A DNA stretch of 64,000 nt from contig JASGJH010000001.1 in assembly GCA_047601445.1 (NCBI GenBank), positions 4,960,001 to 5,024,000 on the forward strand, in the 5' to 3' direction. Source of the DNA: Myxococcales bacterium (GTDB lineage Bacteria > Myxococcota_A > Polyangia > Polyangiales > DASUME01). Below, in pieces: positions 43,701 through 52,825 of this stretch; position 1 is the stretch's first letter; each line of letters opens with the position of its first letter. The position numbers and the translations under genes were made by a program. Under the pieces are notes generated by a model, which was not told the DNA's origin, did not search any database, and worked only from the letters and a program-made list of their open reading frames with translations.

Positions 43701-46666
43701 TGGCGGTCGGCAAGCGGCTCAAGGAGCTCCACGGCATCGAGGTGCCCATCGCGCGCCTGTTCCAGCACACCAGCGTGCGCACGCTGGCTCAGCACCTGGG
43801 CAGCGTACCCAGCAAGCTGCGCCACGAGGCCGCCGCGGCGCGCCCCGCAGCGGGTGGCGAGCTCGAGCCCATCGCCATCGTGGGCATGGCCGGTCGCTTC
43901 CCTGGCGCTCCCGACGTCGAGAGCCTGTGGAAGAACCTCGAGCAAGGCCTGGAGTCGGTGACGCGCTTCGCGCTCAACGAGCTCGACCCGAGTGTGCCCG
44001 AGAGCGAGCGCAGCTCGCCTCAGTACGTGGCGGCCCGTCCCATGCTCGAAAGCGCCACTCTGTTCGACGCAGAGTTCTTCGGCATTTCACCCAGCGAGGC
44101 CGACGTCATCGACCCGCAGCAGCGCGTGATGCTCGAAGTGGCCTGGGAGGCGCTGGAGAGCGCCGGCTACGACCCCGCGCGCCCCAAGGGCAGCATCGGT
44201 GTGTACTGCGGCGAGTACAACGTGACCTATTACACCGAGAACGTCCTCACCCGGCCCGACGTGCTCGATCGCGTGGGTTCCTTCGTGGCCATGGTGGGCA
44301 ACGAGAAGGACTACATCGCGACCCGCATCGCGCACCGCCTCGACCTGCGTGGCCCCGCCATCAGCGTGCACACCGCCTGCTCCACCTCCCTGGTGGCCGT
44401 GGCCCAGGCCTTCTTCGCGCTGCGCACGCGCCAGTGCGACATGGCCCTGGCGGGTGGCGTCTCCATCGCCTTCCCGCAACGGCGTGGCCACGTCTACGAA
44501 GAAGGCGGCATGCTGTGCGCGGACGGGCACTGTCGTCCCTTCGACGCCAACGCCACCGGCACCATGTTCGGCGATGGAGCGGCCATGTTGGTGCTCAAGC
44601 GCCTGAGCGACGCGCAGGCCGACGGCGATCACATTCACGCCGTGATCCGCGGCGCCGCCACCAACAACGACGGCGCCCACAAGATGAGCTTCAGCGCGCC
44701 CACCGTAGAAGGGCAGGCCGAAGTCATCGCGCAGGCCCAGACGGTGGCAGGCGTGGACGCGGCCAGCATCGGCTATGTGGAAGCCCATGGGACCGCCACG
44801 CCGCTCGGCGACCCCATCGAGGTGGAGGCGCTCACGCAGGCTTTCCGCCGCAGCACCGACAAGCGCAACTTCTGCGGCATCGGCTCCGTCAAGAGCAACC
44901 TGGGCCATCTGACGGCAGCCTCTGGCGCCACCGGCCTGATCAAGGCCGCGCTCTCGCTCGAACACGAGCACATCCCAAAGAGCCTGCATTTCGAGCGTCC
45001 GAACCCGGGCATCGACTTCGCGAACAGCCCCTTCTACGTGATGGCAGAGCCCAAGGCCTGGCCGCGGGGCGCCGTCGCACGTCGCGCAGGCGTGAGCTCG
45101 TTCGGCGTGGGCGGCACCAACGCCCACGTGGTGATCGAGGAGGCGCCCGCCCGCGCGGAGAGTGGGTCCGCGCAGGAGCCGCAGCTCCTGGTGTTGTCCG
45201 CCCGCAGCGAGGCGGCCCTCGCGCGCATGGGCGAGCGGCTCGGCGCCTGGCTCGCCACCCATCCGCAGGCTTCGCTGTCGGACGTGGCGTTCACGCTGGC
45301 GCGCGGTCGGCGGCACTTCGAACGCCGGCGCGCGGTGGTGGTGCAGGACCCGGCGCAGGCGGCCCAAGAGCTCAGCGGCAAGCAGGCCGAGGCGCAGCTC
45401 TCCAGCAAGACTCCGCAGGTGGTGTTCGTGTTCCCGGGCCAGGGCGCGCAGCACGCCGGCATGGGTCGCGCCCTGTACCAGCGCTACCCAGCTTTCGCCG
45501 AGGCGCTCGATCGCTGCAACGCGCTGCTCGAGCCCATTTTGCAGGCCGATCTCAAGGCCCTCATGTTCGCACCCGACGACGACCCGGCCGCGCACGCCCT
45601 GTTGCGCGAGACGCGCATCACCCAACCGGCCCTGTTCGCCATCGGGTACGCGCTCGCCCAGCTCTGGAAGAGTCTGGGCGTGGAGCCTGCCTGCCTCATC
45701 GGCCACAGCGTGGGCGAGTTCGTGGCGGCCCACCTGGCCGGCGTGATGAGCCTCGACGACGCGCTGCGCATGGTGGCCGAGCGCGGACGCTTGCTGCAGT
45801 CGATGCCACGCGGATCCATGCTCGCGGTGCGTGCGCCCGCCGCGCGCGTGGAGGCCAGCCTCGATCCGACGCTCTCCATCGCTGCCATCAACGGACCGAA
45901 CCTGTGCGTGGTGGCGGGGCCCGAGAGAGCGGTCCATGCGCTGTCCCTCTTGCTCGACGCGCAGGGCGTGGCCAACTCGCACCTGCACACCTCCCACGCC
46001 TTCCACTCCGCCATGATGGATCCTGCGGTGCCCCAGTTCCTGGAGTTCGTGCGGAAGATCCCGCTCGCAGCGCCCAAGCTACCCATCTACTCCACGGTCA
46101 GCGGCGCACTGCTCACCGACAGCGAGGCCACGGACAGCATGTACTGGGCTCGCCATCTGCGCGCCACGGTGCGCTTCGCCGACGCCGTGCAAGCAGCCTA
46201 TGCCGAGCCCCATCGCGTCCTGCTCGAGGTGGGTCCGCGCAACGGAGCCACGCAACTGGCGCGTCAGGCCATCGTCGATCGCAAGACCCAGCACGCCGTG
46301 GCCACGCTCGACGGCAAGGTCGATCGCGCGGAGCTCTCGGCTCTGCTCGGCGCCGTGGGGCAGCTCTTCGAGCGCGGCGTGAGCGTAAACCTCACGGCCT
46401 TGCCCAGCGCCCAGGGCGCGCGGCGCGTGCCGCTCCCCACCTACCCCTTCGAGCGCAAGCTGCACTTCGTGGAGCCAGGCAAGGCCCTCGGCGTGCCCGC
46501 GCCGCAGGCCAGCGCGCCCAGCCGTGGCGTTCAGGCCGACGCCGCGCCCGTGGGCGACCCCTTCGCCATCCCGGCGACGGGCGAAGATCTGGTCACGGCC
46601 CAGCTGCGCTTGATGGAGATGCAACTGGCGATCCTGGCGAGCTCGAACCCGGGGGATGCGGAGTAG
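40730..46666 (+). CDS. Hybrid NRPS/PKS C(degenerate)-A-PCP-KS-AT
   Basis: C motif HRVVAS; A YTSGSTGKPKG and NMYGITETTVH; PCP LGGNS; KS TACSTS/HGTAT/GH; AT GHSVG and HAFH; ends shortly after LPTYPF. Confidence 0.95.
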   Translation: MVTAMPEAASDPSLLALDTAQERWWLLAQLVHQSPALYIAHAVRRPSGLPLSELTTSVVNWAEGIPALKALVEGSGERARRRVGPQAHVSVRTIGSPLALATAAAHEVRAEAKRGISLERGPLLRVTQIVAPDGVALVFVSHRVVASRELLASWCRPLEGQGAHARAAGNDATRALSVSLERERAFLASPEAKAHGQSVATRLRGHELSLDLPTDRVRAEERDLVSSELVQPLSAACRSALGQLAAQTGASSQDVLSAALALMLARYARQRDLVLGEVLPSDPSDPGAREPSAILRLNLEGRPSVSQLVERVARARVEARADAPLPFEALLGQLALKRDPSRSPIFQVEFRHRTLAQEALIVDAGGLELDLSFDFLESPGALTCVVRFATQLFDAASVARMVAHLGELLCRMAAAPDREAFRLQMVTDQERSALLGPATNLPAYSASPAIHRWVEARAKERPEALAITCNGESLSYGALNRRANQLARALVARGVGRDQRVVVCMERSLDLVVALLAVLKAGGAYVPIEPTNPKDRIDFVLEDARAILALTQRPLADKVSGSDVLFVDDLGAFAQHAEGDLEGPDVLESLAYVIYTSGSTGKPKGCLIEHRHVVRLFQACDAWFHFGPDDVFSVFHSFAFDFSVFELWGALMFGGRAVVVPQSVTRAPDDFLSLCVREKVSVLCQTPSAFRQFVANEAKLAPGALALRLVVFGGEALELESLRPWFQKHGDSKPELVNMYGITETTVHVTYRPIRFADLALGASSVIGVPIPDLYVHLLDEEQNLVPVGVPGEIHVGGAGVARGYLERPELTAARFVDDPFVPGARLYRSGDLARLLPHGELDYLGRIDFQVKIRGFRIETGEIEAALRRSGLVRDVAVLTHKQAGDAFLAAYVVTDATPNDLRSALRRELPEYMVPSVFVVIPELPMNVNGKVDRAALPEPREVTQTVQVRPSSELERIIASVWCEVLGRDEVSVDQSFFDLGGNSGRVVAVGKRLKELHGIEVPIARLFQHTSVRTLAQHLGSVPSKLRHEAAAARPAAGGELEPIAIVGMAGRFPGAPDVESLWKNLEQGLESVTRFALNELDPSVPESERSSPQYVAARPMLESATLFDAEFFGISPSEADVIDPQQRVMLEVAWEALESAGYDPARPKGSIGVYCGEYNVTYYTENVLTRPDVLDRVGSFVAMVGNEKDYIATRIAHRLDLRGPAISVHTACSTSLVAVAQAFFALRTRQCDMALAGGVSIAFPQRRGHVYEEGGMLCADGHCRPFDANATGTMFGDGAAMLVLKRLSDAQADGDHIHAVIRGAATNNDGAHKMSFSAPTVEGQAEVIAQAQTVAGVDAASIGYVEAHGTATPLGDPIEVEALTQAFRRSTDKRNFCGIGSVKSNLGHLTAASGATGLIKAALSLEHEHIPKSLHFERPNPGIDFANSPFYVMAEPKAWPRGAVARRAGVSSFGVGGTNAHVVIEEAPARAESGSAQEPQLLVLSARSEAALARMGERLGAWLATHPQASLSDVAFTLARGRRHFERRRAVVVQDPAQAAQELSGKQAEAQLSSKTPQVVFVFPGQGAQHAGMGRALYQRYPAFAEALDRCNALLEPILQADLKALMFAPDDDPAAHALLRETRITQPALFAIGYALAQLWKSLGVEPACLIGHSVGEFVAAHLAGVMSLDDALRMVAERGRLLQSMPRGSMLAVRAPAARVEASLDPTLSIAAINGPNLCVVAGPERAVHALSLLLDAQGVANSHLHTSHAFHSAMMDPAVPQFLEFVRKIPLAAPKLPIYSTVSGALLTDSEATDSMYWARHLRATVRFADAVQAAYAEPHRVLLEVGPRNGATQLARQAIVDRKTQHAVATLDGKVDRAELSALLGAVGQLFERGVSVNLTALPSAQGARRVPLPTYPFERKLHFVEPGKALGVPAPQASAPSRGVQADAAPVGDPFAIPATGEDLVTAQLRLMEMQLAILASSNPGDAE

Positions 46667-46678
46667 CTTCGAGCGAAC

Positions 46679-47668
46679 TCAAACCCTGAACCACCCAATC
46701 GCGCGCTCCACCAGACTGCCCAGGTACACCACGCCCGCGTGCTCGCGCACACCGGTGACCATGTGATAGCCCGCATGGCTGCCCTGGATGTCGTGGACCA
46801 CTTGCCCTGCCGCGTCGACCGCGATGACCCAGACCGTGCGCTTCGGCTGCACCACCACTTCGGGTAGCTTCCACACCAGGCTCCGCAACAGGGGCGCCCG
46901 TGGCAACAGCAGGTCGAGCAGCGGGTCACGCGGGCTCGCCTGAGTGATCCAGATGAGCCCATCGCTGCCGCGCGCGATGTTGTCGGGAAAGCCATGCAGG
47001 TTCTCGATCAGCAGGTCTTTCGTGCCGGCCTTCGGCCCCTTGAGCCAGTAGCGCGTCAGTCGATAGCCCGCGGTCTCGGCCACCGTGACGAAGGACTCGT
47101 CCGCGCTCAGCGCCACGCCGTTGGCGAACTTCAGGCCATCCACCAGCAGCTCGATCGTGCCGTTCGGAGTGCGCCGCAAGAGGCGCCCGCTGGCCGAGTG
47201 TTCCAACACGTCTGCGCGCCAGTGCTCGATGCCGAAGCGGCGCGACGAGTCGCTGAAGTAGATGGTGCCATCTGCGGCGATGGCGGCGTTGTTGCAGAAG
47301 CCGAGCCGTTCGCCCTGCGCGCTCTCGGCCAGCAGCTCGATCTCGCCCGTGTCGGCCGCCACGCGCAAGAGTCCACGCTTGGCGTCGCACACCAGGAGCG
47401 CGCCATCTCCCATGAGCTCGATGCCCAGCGGCCGCCCCTGGGTCTGCGCGAGCGTCTCGATGTACTTGCCATGCTCCCGCAAGCGCAGGATGCGTCCATC
47501 GGCGAGGCCCGTGATCAAGCTGCCGTCGGCCTCCACCACCACGTCTTCGGGGCCCACACCAGGCACTTCGATCAACTGCAGCCCGCTCAGCGCACGTCGT
47601 TTGGCGCGCGTCTCGGGGCTCTTGGTGGGAGGTTGCCAGCGCTGCGGTCGAATCGAGGGGCGGCTCAT
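46679..47668 (-). CDS. Strictosidine synthase-like / SMP-30 beta-propeller
   Basis: GPEDV, GRPLG, IYFSDSS, FANGVAL, GFPDNI. Confidence 0.88.
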   Translation of the reverse strand: MSRPSIRPQRWQPPTKSPETRAKRRALSGLQLIEVPGVGPEDVVVEADGSLITGLADGRILRLREHGKYIETLAQTQGRPLGIELMGDGALLVCDAKRGLLRVAADTGEIELLAESAQGERLGFCNNAAIAADGTIYFSDSSRRFGIEHWRADVLEHSASGRLLRRTPNGTIELLVDGLKFANGVALSADESFVTVAETAGYRLTRYWLKGPKAGTKDLLIENLHGFPDNIARGSDGLIWITQASPRDPLLDLLLPRAPLLRSLVWKLPEVVVQPKRTVWVIAVDAAGQVVHDIQGSHAGYHMVTGVREHAGVVYLGSLVERAIGWFRV

Positions 47669-47707
47669 GGCGCGTGCTTATAGCGCAGTCAGACAGCGCC
47701 CCGAAGG

Positions 47708-47852
47708 GGGAGGTCGCGTGACCTCCCGTTGCGAGAAACTAGAGTCTTTTCCCAATTTCAGGGTCGAGGGCACGTTCAATCTTCTCAATCTCGACGGCCG
47801 GCCACACTGGCGCCGAGTTGCCGGAAATCGTGTACGGGCACGGGCACGCGTA
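47708..47852. repeat. Intergenic REP-like copies (GGGAGGTC hairpin and GTACGGGCACGGGCACGCGTA)
   Basis: 47708-47727 equals 29541-29560; 47832-47852 is the reverse complement of 28264-28284. Confidence 0.85.
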
Positions 47853-47882
47853 TGACCCAGACCCAGAAAATAGCGACAGGGC

Positions 47883-48569
47883 CTAAAGCGCGTGGCTCTT
47901 GCGCAGCATGCGCTCGAGGGCTTGCTTGGCTTCCGGGCTCGGACGGCTCGCGCCAGTGCCGCACAGCCACAGGAAATCGTGGGCCCTCGCTGCGTGGGTC
48001 TCGATGTGCATCTCGATGGGGAACAGCCCCAGCGCCGCCAACGACGACAACATGGCTCCCAGCAACCCCAGCGAATCGAGGGCCTCGAACTCCAGCAGCA
48101 GCGTGCCGCCGTAATCCGGGGACTCGAAGAGCGAGTAGCGGTCGAGCTCCAGCGTGTAATCGCCCGTGTAGATCTGGGCACGCTCGCCGGCCAAACCGAT
48201 GTAGGAGATGCCGCGCGGATCACTTGCACCCTCGAGGGCCACCAGCGCCAGCTCGGCCACCCACGAACCATCGTGACCACGCTTGGCGTGCACCGTATCG
48301 ATGGAAATGCGGCGCTCCGCCAGGCCACTGCCCAAAGTGGCCATCCAGGCCGGTCGGAAGATGCCGCCCAGGCGGACGCGATAGTTGCCTCCGCCGAGGG
48401 GCGACAGCTCGCTCCATGCGGCCCCCTCGCGCACGAACACCGCGGACGCGGGCGGCTGCGACGAACGCGACGCTCCGGTGGCTACCGAAGAGCTGGTTTC
48501 GCTGCTGGCCGAGGGGGGCATGAACGCAGTGTGGCCGTCTTGCACCTGCCCCAGCAAGCCCGAATGCAT
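47883..48569 (-). CDS. Hypothetical protein with GlnD-like ACT domain(s)
   Basis: LLLEFEALDSLGLLGAMLSSLAALGL..IET....AHDFLWL resembles the GlnD C-terminal ACT domain; start uncertain. Confidence 0.6.
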   Translation of the reverse strand: MHSGLLGQVQDGHTAFMPPSASSETSSSVATGASRSSQPPASAVFVREGAAWSELSPLGGGNYRVRLGGIFRPAWMATLGSGLAERRISIDTVHAKRGHDGSWVAELALVALEGASDPRGISYIGLAGERAQIYTGDYTLELDRYSLFESPDYGGTLLLEFEALDSLGLLGAMLSSLAALGLFPIEMHIETHAARAHDFLWLCGTGASRPSPEAKQALERMLRKSHAL

Positions 48570-48714
48570 TAAAATTACAAAGGTTTCGCGATCGTATCCC
48601 AAACGTAAACGAGCCGCATCGCTGGCACACCGCGTCGTGTTTCCGGGTCCCCCACGCCGGGGACGCAAGCATTTTTGGGGCGGGATCCGCGCAGGGGCGA
48701 TATCGTCCAAGACG

Positions 48715-50106
48715 ATGGGGTCAAACGCACTGGGTCCGGTGGACCAGCTCTTTCTGCTGATGGAACGACGCCAGCAACCCATGCATGTCGCAGGGTTACA
48801 GCTGTTCTCACTCCCACCCGAGGCCGACGGGGAATACGTCCGCCAAGTGGTGGAGCAAATCCGGAGTAGCAACGTCCCGCAGGGGCCATTCCGCAAGCGC
48901 ATGGTCACCCGCCTGGGACGCCCCTATTGGGAGGAAGACGAGCAGCTCGATCTGGAGCACCACGTCCGCCACTCGGCCCTGCCGCGCCCGGGACGCATCC
49001 GCGAACTCCTCGCATTCGTCTCCGCGGAGCACTCCAACCCATTGCACCGTGAGCGCCCGCTCTGGGAGTCGCACCTCATCGAGGGCCTCAGTGAGCGCCG
49101 CTTCGCCATCTACACCAAGGTCCACCACGCCATGATGGACGGCATCTCCGCCATGCGCCTGGGCACCCGCTCGCTGACCACCGACGCGAACAAGCGCGGC
49201 ATGCCCCCGGTGTGGGCGATGCCGCCGCGCAAGCGCACCGCCGAGGCACCCGGCGACGAGCTCGATCCGGGCGGCGCCTTGCACCGCATGGCGCAGGCCC
49301 TCCAGAAGCAGCTCTCCACGGTACCGGTGGTGATGCGCGAGGTGATGAAGCTCTCGCAGCGCCACCAGCGGGACGGCGACGCCGTGTCCATCTTCCAGGC
49401 CCCGCAGTGCATGCTCAGCGAGCACATCACGGGCTCACGGCGCTTCGCCGCCCAGTCCTACTCGCTCTCCCGTATCAAAGCGCTCTCGCGCGTCTATGGC
49501 ATCACACTCAACGACGCCGTGCTGGCCATCTGTGGCGGCGCCCTGCGCACGTACCTGATGAACCACGGCGCTCTGCCCGATCAGCCGCTGATCGCCATGG
49601 TGCCCGTCTCGCTCCGTCAGGACGAGAGCGCCGGCGGCAACCAGATCGCGATGGTGCTCGCCAACCTGGGCACGCACATCGCCGATCCCATTGAGCGCAT
49701 ACGCACCGTGAAGGCTTCCGTGGAAGACGGTAAAGCCGCCACCGCCCAGATGACCCCGGAGGAGCGACTCAACTTCACCGCGCTCCTGCTCTCGCCCACC
49801 TTTCTACAGGTGATGACCGGACTCGCCCCCAAGCTCTTGGCGTTCAACGTGGTCATCTCCAACGTTCCAGGCCCACGCGAAACCTTGTACTGGAACGGCG
49901 CTCCCCTGGTGGGCATGTATCCCGTCTCACTGGTGTTCGACCGCATGGCGCTCAACATCACGCTCACGAGCTACGGAGATTCGCTCGAGTTCGGTCTGGT
50001 GGGCTGTCGGCGCACCCTGCCCTCCTTGCAGCGCTTGCTCGATTACCTGGAACGGGCGATCGTAGAGCTCGAGATCGCCGCCGGCGTGCGCGGCGCCGCC
50101 GAGTAG
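48715..50106 (+). CDS. Wax ester synthase / diacylglycerol acyltransferase (WS/DGAT)
   Basis: QPMHVAG, RPLWE, KVHHAMMDG, NVVISNVPGP. Confidence 0.95.
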   Translation: MGSNALGPVDQLFLLMERRQQPMHVAGLQLFSLPPEADGEYVRQVVEQIRSSNVPQGPFRKRMVTRLGRPYWEEDEQLDLEHHVRHSALPRPGRIRELLAFVSAEHSNPLHRERPLWESHLIEGLSERRFAIYTKVHHAMMDGISAMRLGTRSLTTDANKRGMPPVWAMPPRKRTAEAPGDELDPGGALHRMAQALQKQLSTVPVVMREVMKLSQRHQRDGDAVSIFQAPQCMLSEHITGSRRFAAQSYSLSRIKALSRVYGITLNDAVLAICGGALRTYLMNHGALPDQPLIAMVPVSLRQDESAGGNQIAMVLANLGTHIADPIERIRTVKASVEDGKAATAQMTPEERLNFTALLLSPTFLQVMTGLAPKLLAFNVVISNVPGPRETLYWNGAPLVGMYPVSLVFDRMALNITLTSYGDSLEFGLVGCRRTLPSLQRLLDYLERAIVELEIAAGVRGAAE

Positions 50107-50127
50107 TCTGGCGAACACCGAGGTCTT

Positions 50128-51660
50128 GTGAAGTTAGGCTTATGTTCCCCCGCGGGCGATGCACTTCCCTGGCTCGGCTTGCTCGCACTGCTCGCAGCCT
50201 GCCCTGGTGACGGCACCGGCGGGACGGCCAAGCCTTGTGCGTCCGGCGAGCATTGCGACGGCGGCCCCGGAGACGGCGATGGGGATGGCGACGGAGACGG
50301 CGATGGCGACGGGGACGGCGATGGCGACGGGGATGTCGCGAAGCCGGGACCGCTCGAACCTTCGGAGCCCCTCGCGGGGTGCAACAAGGATCGCAAGGCC
50401 ATCGCGCTGTATCCGAACGCCACGCCGGCCACGGACGCCCCTGCTGGGGCTCCCTTCACCTGCGCGATGAATACGGGCAAGCGCGCCTTCAACACCAGCA
50501 TCGCCGTCAACAAGGACGGCAGCGTGTACTTCGCGCCAGCCGAGGCCACCGGGGTGCTGCGCTCACGCGACAACGGGATGACCTGGGAAGGGCCCGTCAA
50601 CAATCCGCCGGGCGAGAAGGACGGTCAGTGGGGCCACCCGTGGCTGTGGCGTGACCCCGACACCGAGCGCCTGTTCTTCACGCTGTACAACTCTTTCATG
50701 GGCCCATGCTTCGGCGGCACGGGCCACAACGCCTGGTACAGCGACGGCGGCGACAGCTGGACCAATCTGAAGAACGGCGTGGGCTGCGGCAGCTGGGACT
50801 GGGGCAAGATCGTCACCGGCCCTGCGCGCCTGCCCGCCACCAAGGCAGCGCTCTCCATGGGCAGCTACCCCAACGTCGTGTACTTCTGCGCGGGCGGGCC
50901 CACCTACGCGCTGGGGCCCAATCACTTCTGCTTCCGATCCCTCGACGGCGGGACCACGTTCACGCGCACCAAGGCCGATGCCATCGACGCCGCGCGCGGC
51001 GAAGCGGGCTATCCGAACGCGGGCTACGTCGCCCCCGACGGCACCTTCTACAAAGCACACCCGTCGAACGACGGCCTCACGCTCTCCACCAGCGAAGACG
51101 AGGGCGACTCCTGGCACGGTATCCTGGTCCCGGGCACGCATTTCGCCGGCGACCCAGCCACCATCAACTTCCTCTCGAGCAACGTCACGGGTGACGCCGC
51201 CGGCAACCTCTACGTCGCCTGGGTCGACGACGACGACCTCAATCCCCGTCTTGCCTACTCGAAAGACCGCGGCGCGACCTGGTCGCAGCCGATCATGGTG
51301 GGTGCGCCGGGGGTCAAGGTATCCGCCTGCGTCAACGTGTCCGTAAAGAAGCCCGGCTACGTGGCCCTCGTCTACTACGGAAGTCCCCAGGCCGAGTCCA
51401 CCGCGGGCAACGGCCACACCAGCAACGATCAGCGCCCCTATGACGCTTACCTCACCGTGAGCACCAACGTGTTCAGCGAGCGTCCGCTGTTCTGGAGCAC
51501 CACCATCAATCAGCCTGGCAAGCCCGCCATCCCCGGGCTCAGCTTGTTGGTGAGCGAATACCTCGGCGCTCCGGCGTTCGGCCCAGATGGCTCCATCTGG
51601 GCAGGCTTCATCCAGGACCCCAACGGCCTGGTGGGACGCATGACTCCGCCCCCGGAGTGA
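50128..51660 (+). CDS. Exported BNR/Asp-box (sialidase-like) lipoprotein with (GD)n linker
   Basis: Lipobox LAAC; Asp boxes SRDNGMTW, SLDGGTTF, SEDEGDSW, SKDRGATW. Confidence 0.78.
   Translation: MKLGLCSPAGDALPWLGLLALLAACPGDGTGGTAKPCASGEHCDGGPGDGDGDGDGDGDGDGDGDGDGDVAKPGPLEPSEPLAGCNKDRKAIALYPNATPATDAPAGAPFTCAMNTGKRAFNTSIAVNKDGSVYFAPAEATGVLRSRDNGMTWEGPVNNPPGEKDGQWGHPWLWRDPDTERLFFTLYNSFMGPCFGGTGHNAWYSDGGDSWTNLKNGVGCGSWDWGKIVTGPARLPATKAALSMGSYPNVVYFCAGGPTYALGPNHFCFRSLDGGTTFTRTKADAIDAARGEAGYPNAGYVAPDGTFYKAHPSNDGLTLSTSEDEGDSWHGILVPGTHFAGDPATINFLSSNVTGDAAGNLYVAWVDDDDLNPRLAYSKDRGATWSQPIMVGAPGVKVSACVNVSVKKPGYVALVYYGSPQAESTAGNGHTSNDQRPYDAYLTVSTNVFSERPLFWSTTINQPGKPAIPGLSLLVSEYLGAPAFGPDGSIWAGFIQDPNGLVGRMTPPPE
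50269..50334 (+). repeat. In-frame hexamer repeat encoding about 11 GD units
   Basis: GGNGAY units with synonymous variation. Confidence 0.9.
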
Positions 51661-52685
51661 AGCTTGCTCACCACCCCCGCCCCCCGAAAGCGCGCGGGTG
51701 TTTGCCCGGTCCAACGCCTGAACGCGCGGTGAAAGGCGCTGGGCTCCGAATAGCCGAGGCGATCGGCGATCTCCTTCATGCTCTCGTCGCCCTCGAGCAG
51801 CGCGCGCTTGGCGAGATCGCAGCGCAGCTCGTTCATCAGGCTCGACACGGTCTGCCCCTCCTCCTGCAGACGGCGCCGCAGCATGCGCTGTGTGGTGCCG
51901 AGTAACTTGGCCAGGCGCCGCGGATCCACGTGGGTCATGTCCGGCTGGCGCTGCAAGACATCGCGCACGCGCTCGGCGAAGGTGCGGCTGGTGGTGCGCT
52001 CGCGCAGGGAGCGCTCGGCGACGTCGCGCAGCACGCAGAACAGGTTGGCGTCACCCATCGGCTCCCTCGACACATGGGAAACCGTGAAGCGCAGCCAGTA
52101 GGAGCACTCATCGAACTTCACCGAGCAGCCGAAGGCATCGTCATAGGCCGGCTCGTAGCGAGGCCTGGCATGGGCGCAGCCGACGGCGAGCTGACTGGCT
52201 CCGTACAGCTCGCGGGCGAAGCGGGTCAGCATGCAGAGCAACCACTCCGACCAGAAGCGATCGGTGGCCTCGGAGACTCTGGCGTCGAAGCGAAACCCGA
52301 GCTCCACCAAGTCGGCGCCAGGCGGGAATGTCGCGTCGCCAGGGCGCGCGCGCCCCTCCGCTAGGTGCCAGCTGATGCCTTCGAAGAGCACCCCCGAGTA
52401 GCGCTGCAACACGTGGAACATCTCGCGCGGCGTGGAGCACTCGAGAGCCAGGTGCCCCAGCACGTGCAGCATGGTGTAGGGCGCGCGCCGGCCGAGCAGG
52501 AGTCCGGCCCCCTCGTCTTCGAAGGCGCGCACCACCGAGGTCACGAACTGGTCCACCCCGTTGCTGTCGAGCCACGGCTCCCCGTCGCCCGTCACACCGG
52601 GCAGGCGTGCTTGGGGTTTGAGCGCGTAGCGTCCGCTCTGGATCTCGCTGTGGATGGCCTTGAGGAAGGATGGAGAGACGAACAT
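51510..52685 (-). CDS. AraC family transcriptional regulator (Arabinose_bd_2 type)
   Basis: LRRRLQEEG, IADRLGYSEPSAFHRAFRRWTGQTP; ORF overlaps the convergent gene by about 150 bp. Confidence 0.88.
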   Translation of the reverse strand: MFVSPSFLKAIHSEIQSGRYALKPQARLPGVTGDGEPWLDSNGVDQFVTSVVRAFEDEGAGLLLGRRAPYTMLHVLGHLALECSTPREMFHVLQRYSGVLFEGISWHLAEGRARPGDATFPPGADLVELGFRFDARVSEATDRFWSEWLLCMLTRFARELYGASQLAVGCAHARPRYEPAYDDAFGCSVKFDECSYWLRFTVSHVSREPMGDANLFCVLRDVAERSLRERTTSRTFAERVRDVLQRQPDMTHVDPRRLAKLLGTTQRMLRRRLQEEGQTVSSLMNELRCDLAKRALLEGDESMKEIADRLGYSEPSAFHRAFRRWTGQTPARFRGAGVVSKLHSGGGVMRPTRPLGSWMKPAQMEPSGPNAGAPRYSLTNKLSPGMAGLPG

Positions 52686-52825
52686 CGGGAACTCCAAGAT
52701 AAGGGCTGATAACCCCAACCTATCGATTCCCACCCACAGCGGAAAATAGCGCTGGACTCCAATCGACTAACCCTGGGCGTCATTCGGTCACGGGGAGGTC
52801 AGGGGACCTCCGCGCCCGTCGCCGG

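Noticed and set aside
43621..46689. 1022-aa alternate-frame ORF and other long shadow ORFs (e.g. 34824-37019, 30328-32331, 3947-5341, 52883-54592)
   Set aside because: They overlap motif-rich real genes; stop-poor alternate and antisense frames are expected at high GC
46679..47668. Strictosidine-synthase-like gene as a Pictet-Spengler tailoring enzyme of the cluster
   Set aside because: Convergent to the cluster, and it keeps the metal-ligand motifs (GPED, NG, PDN) typical of hydrolytic family members
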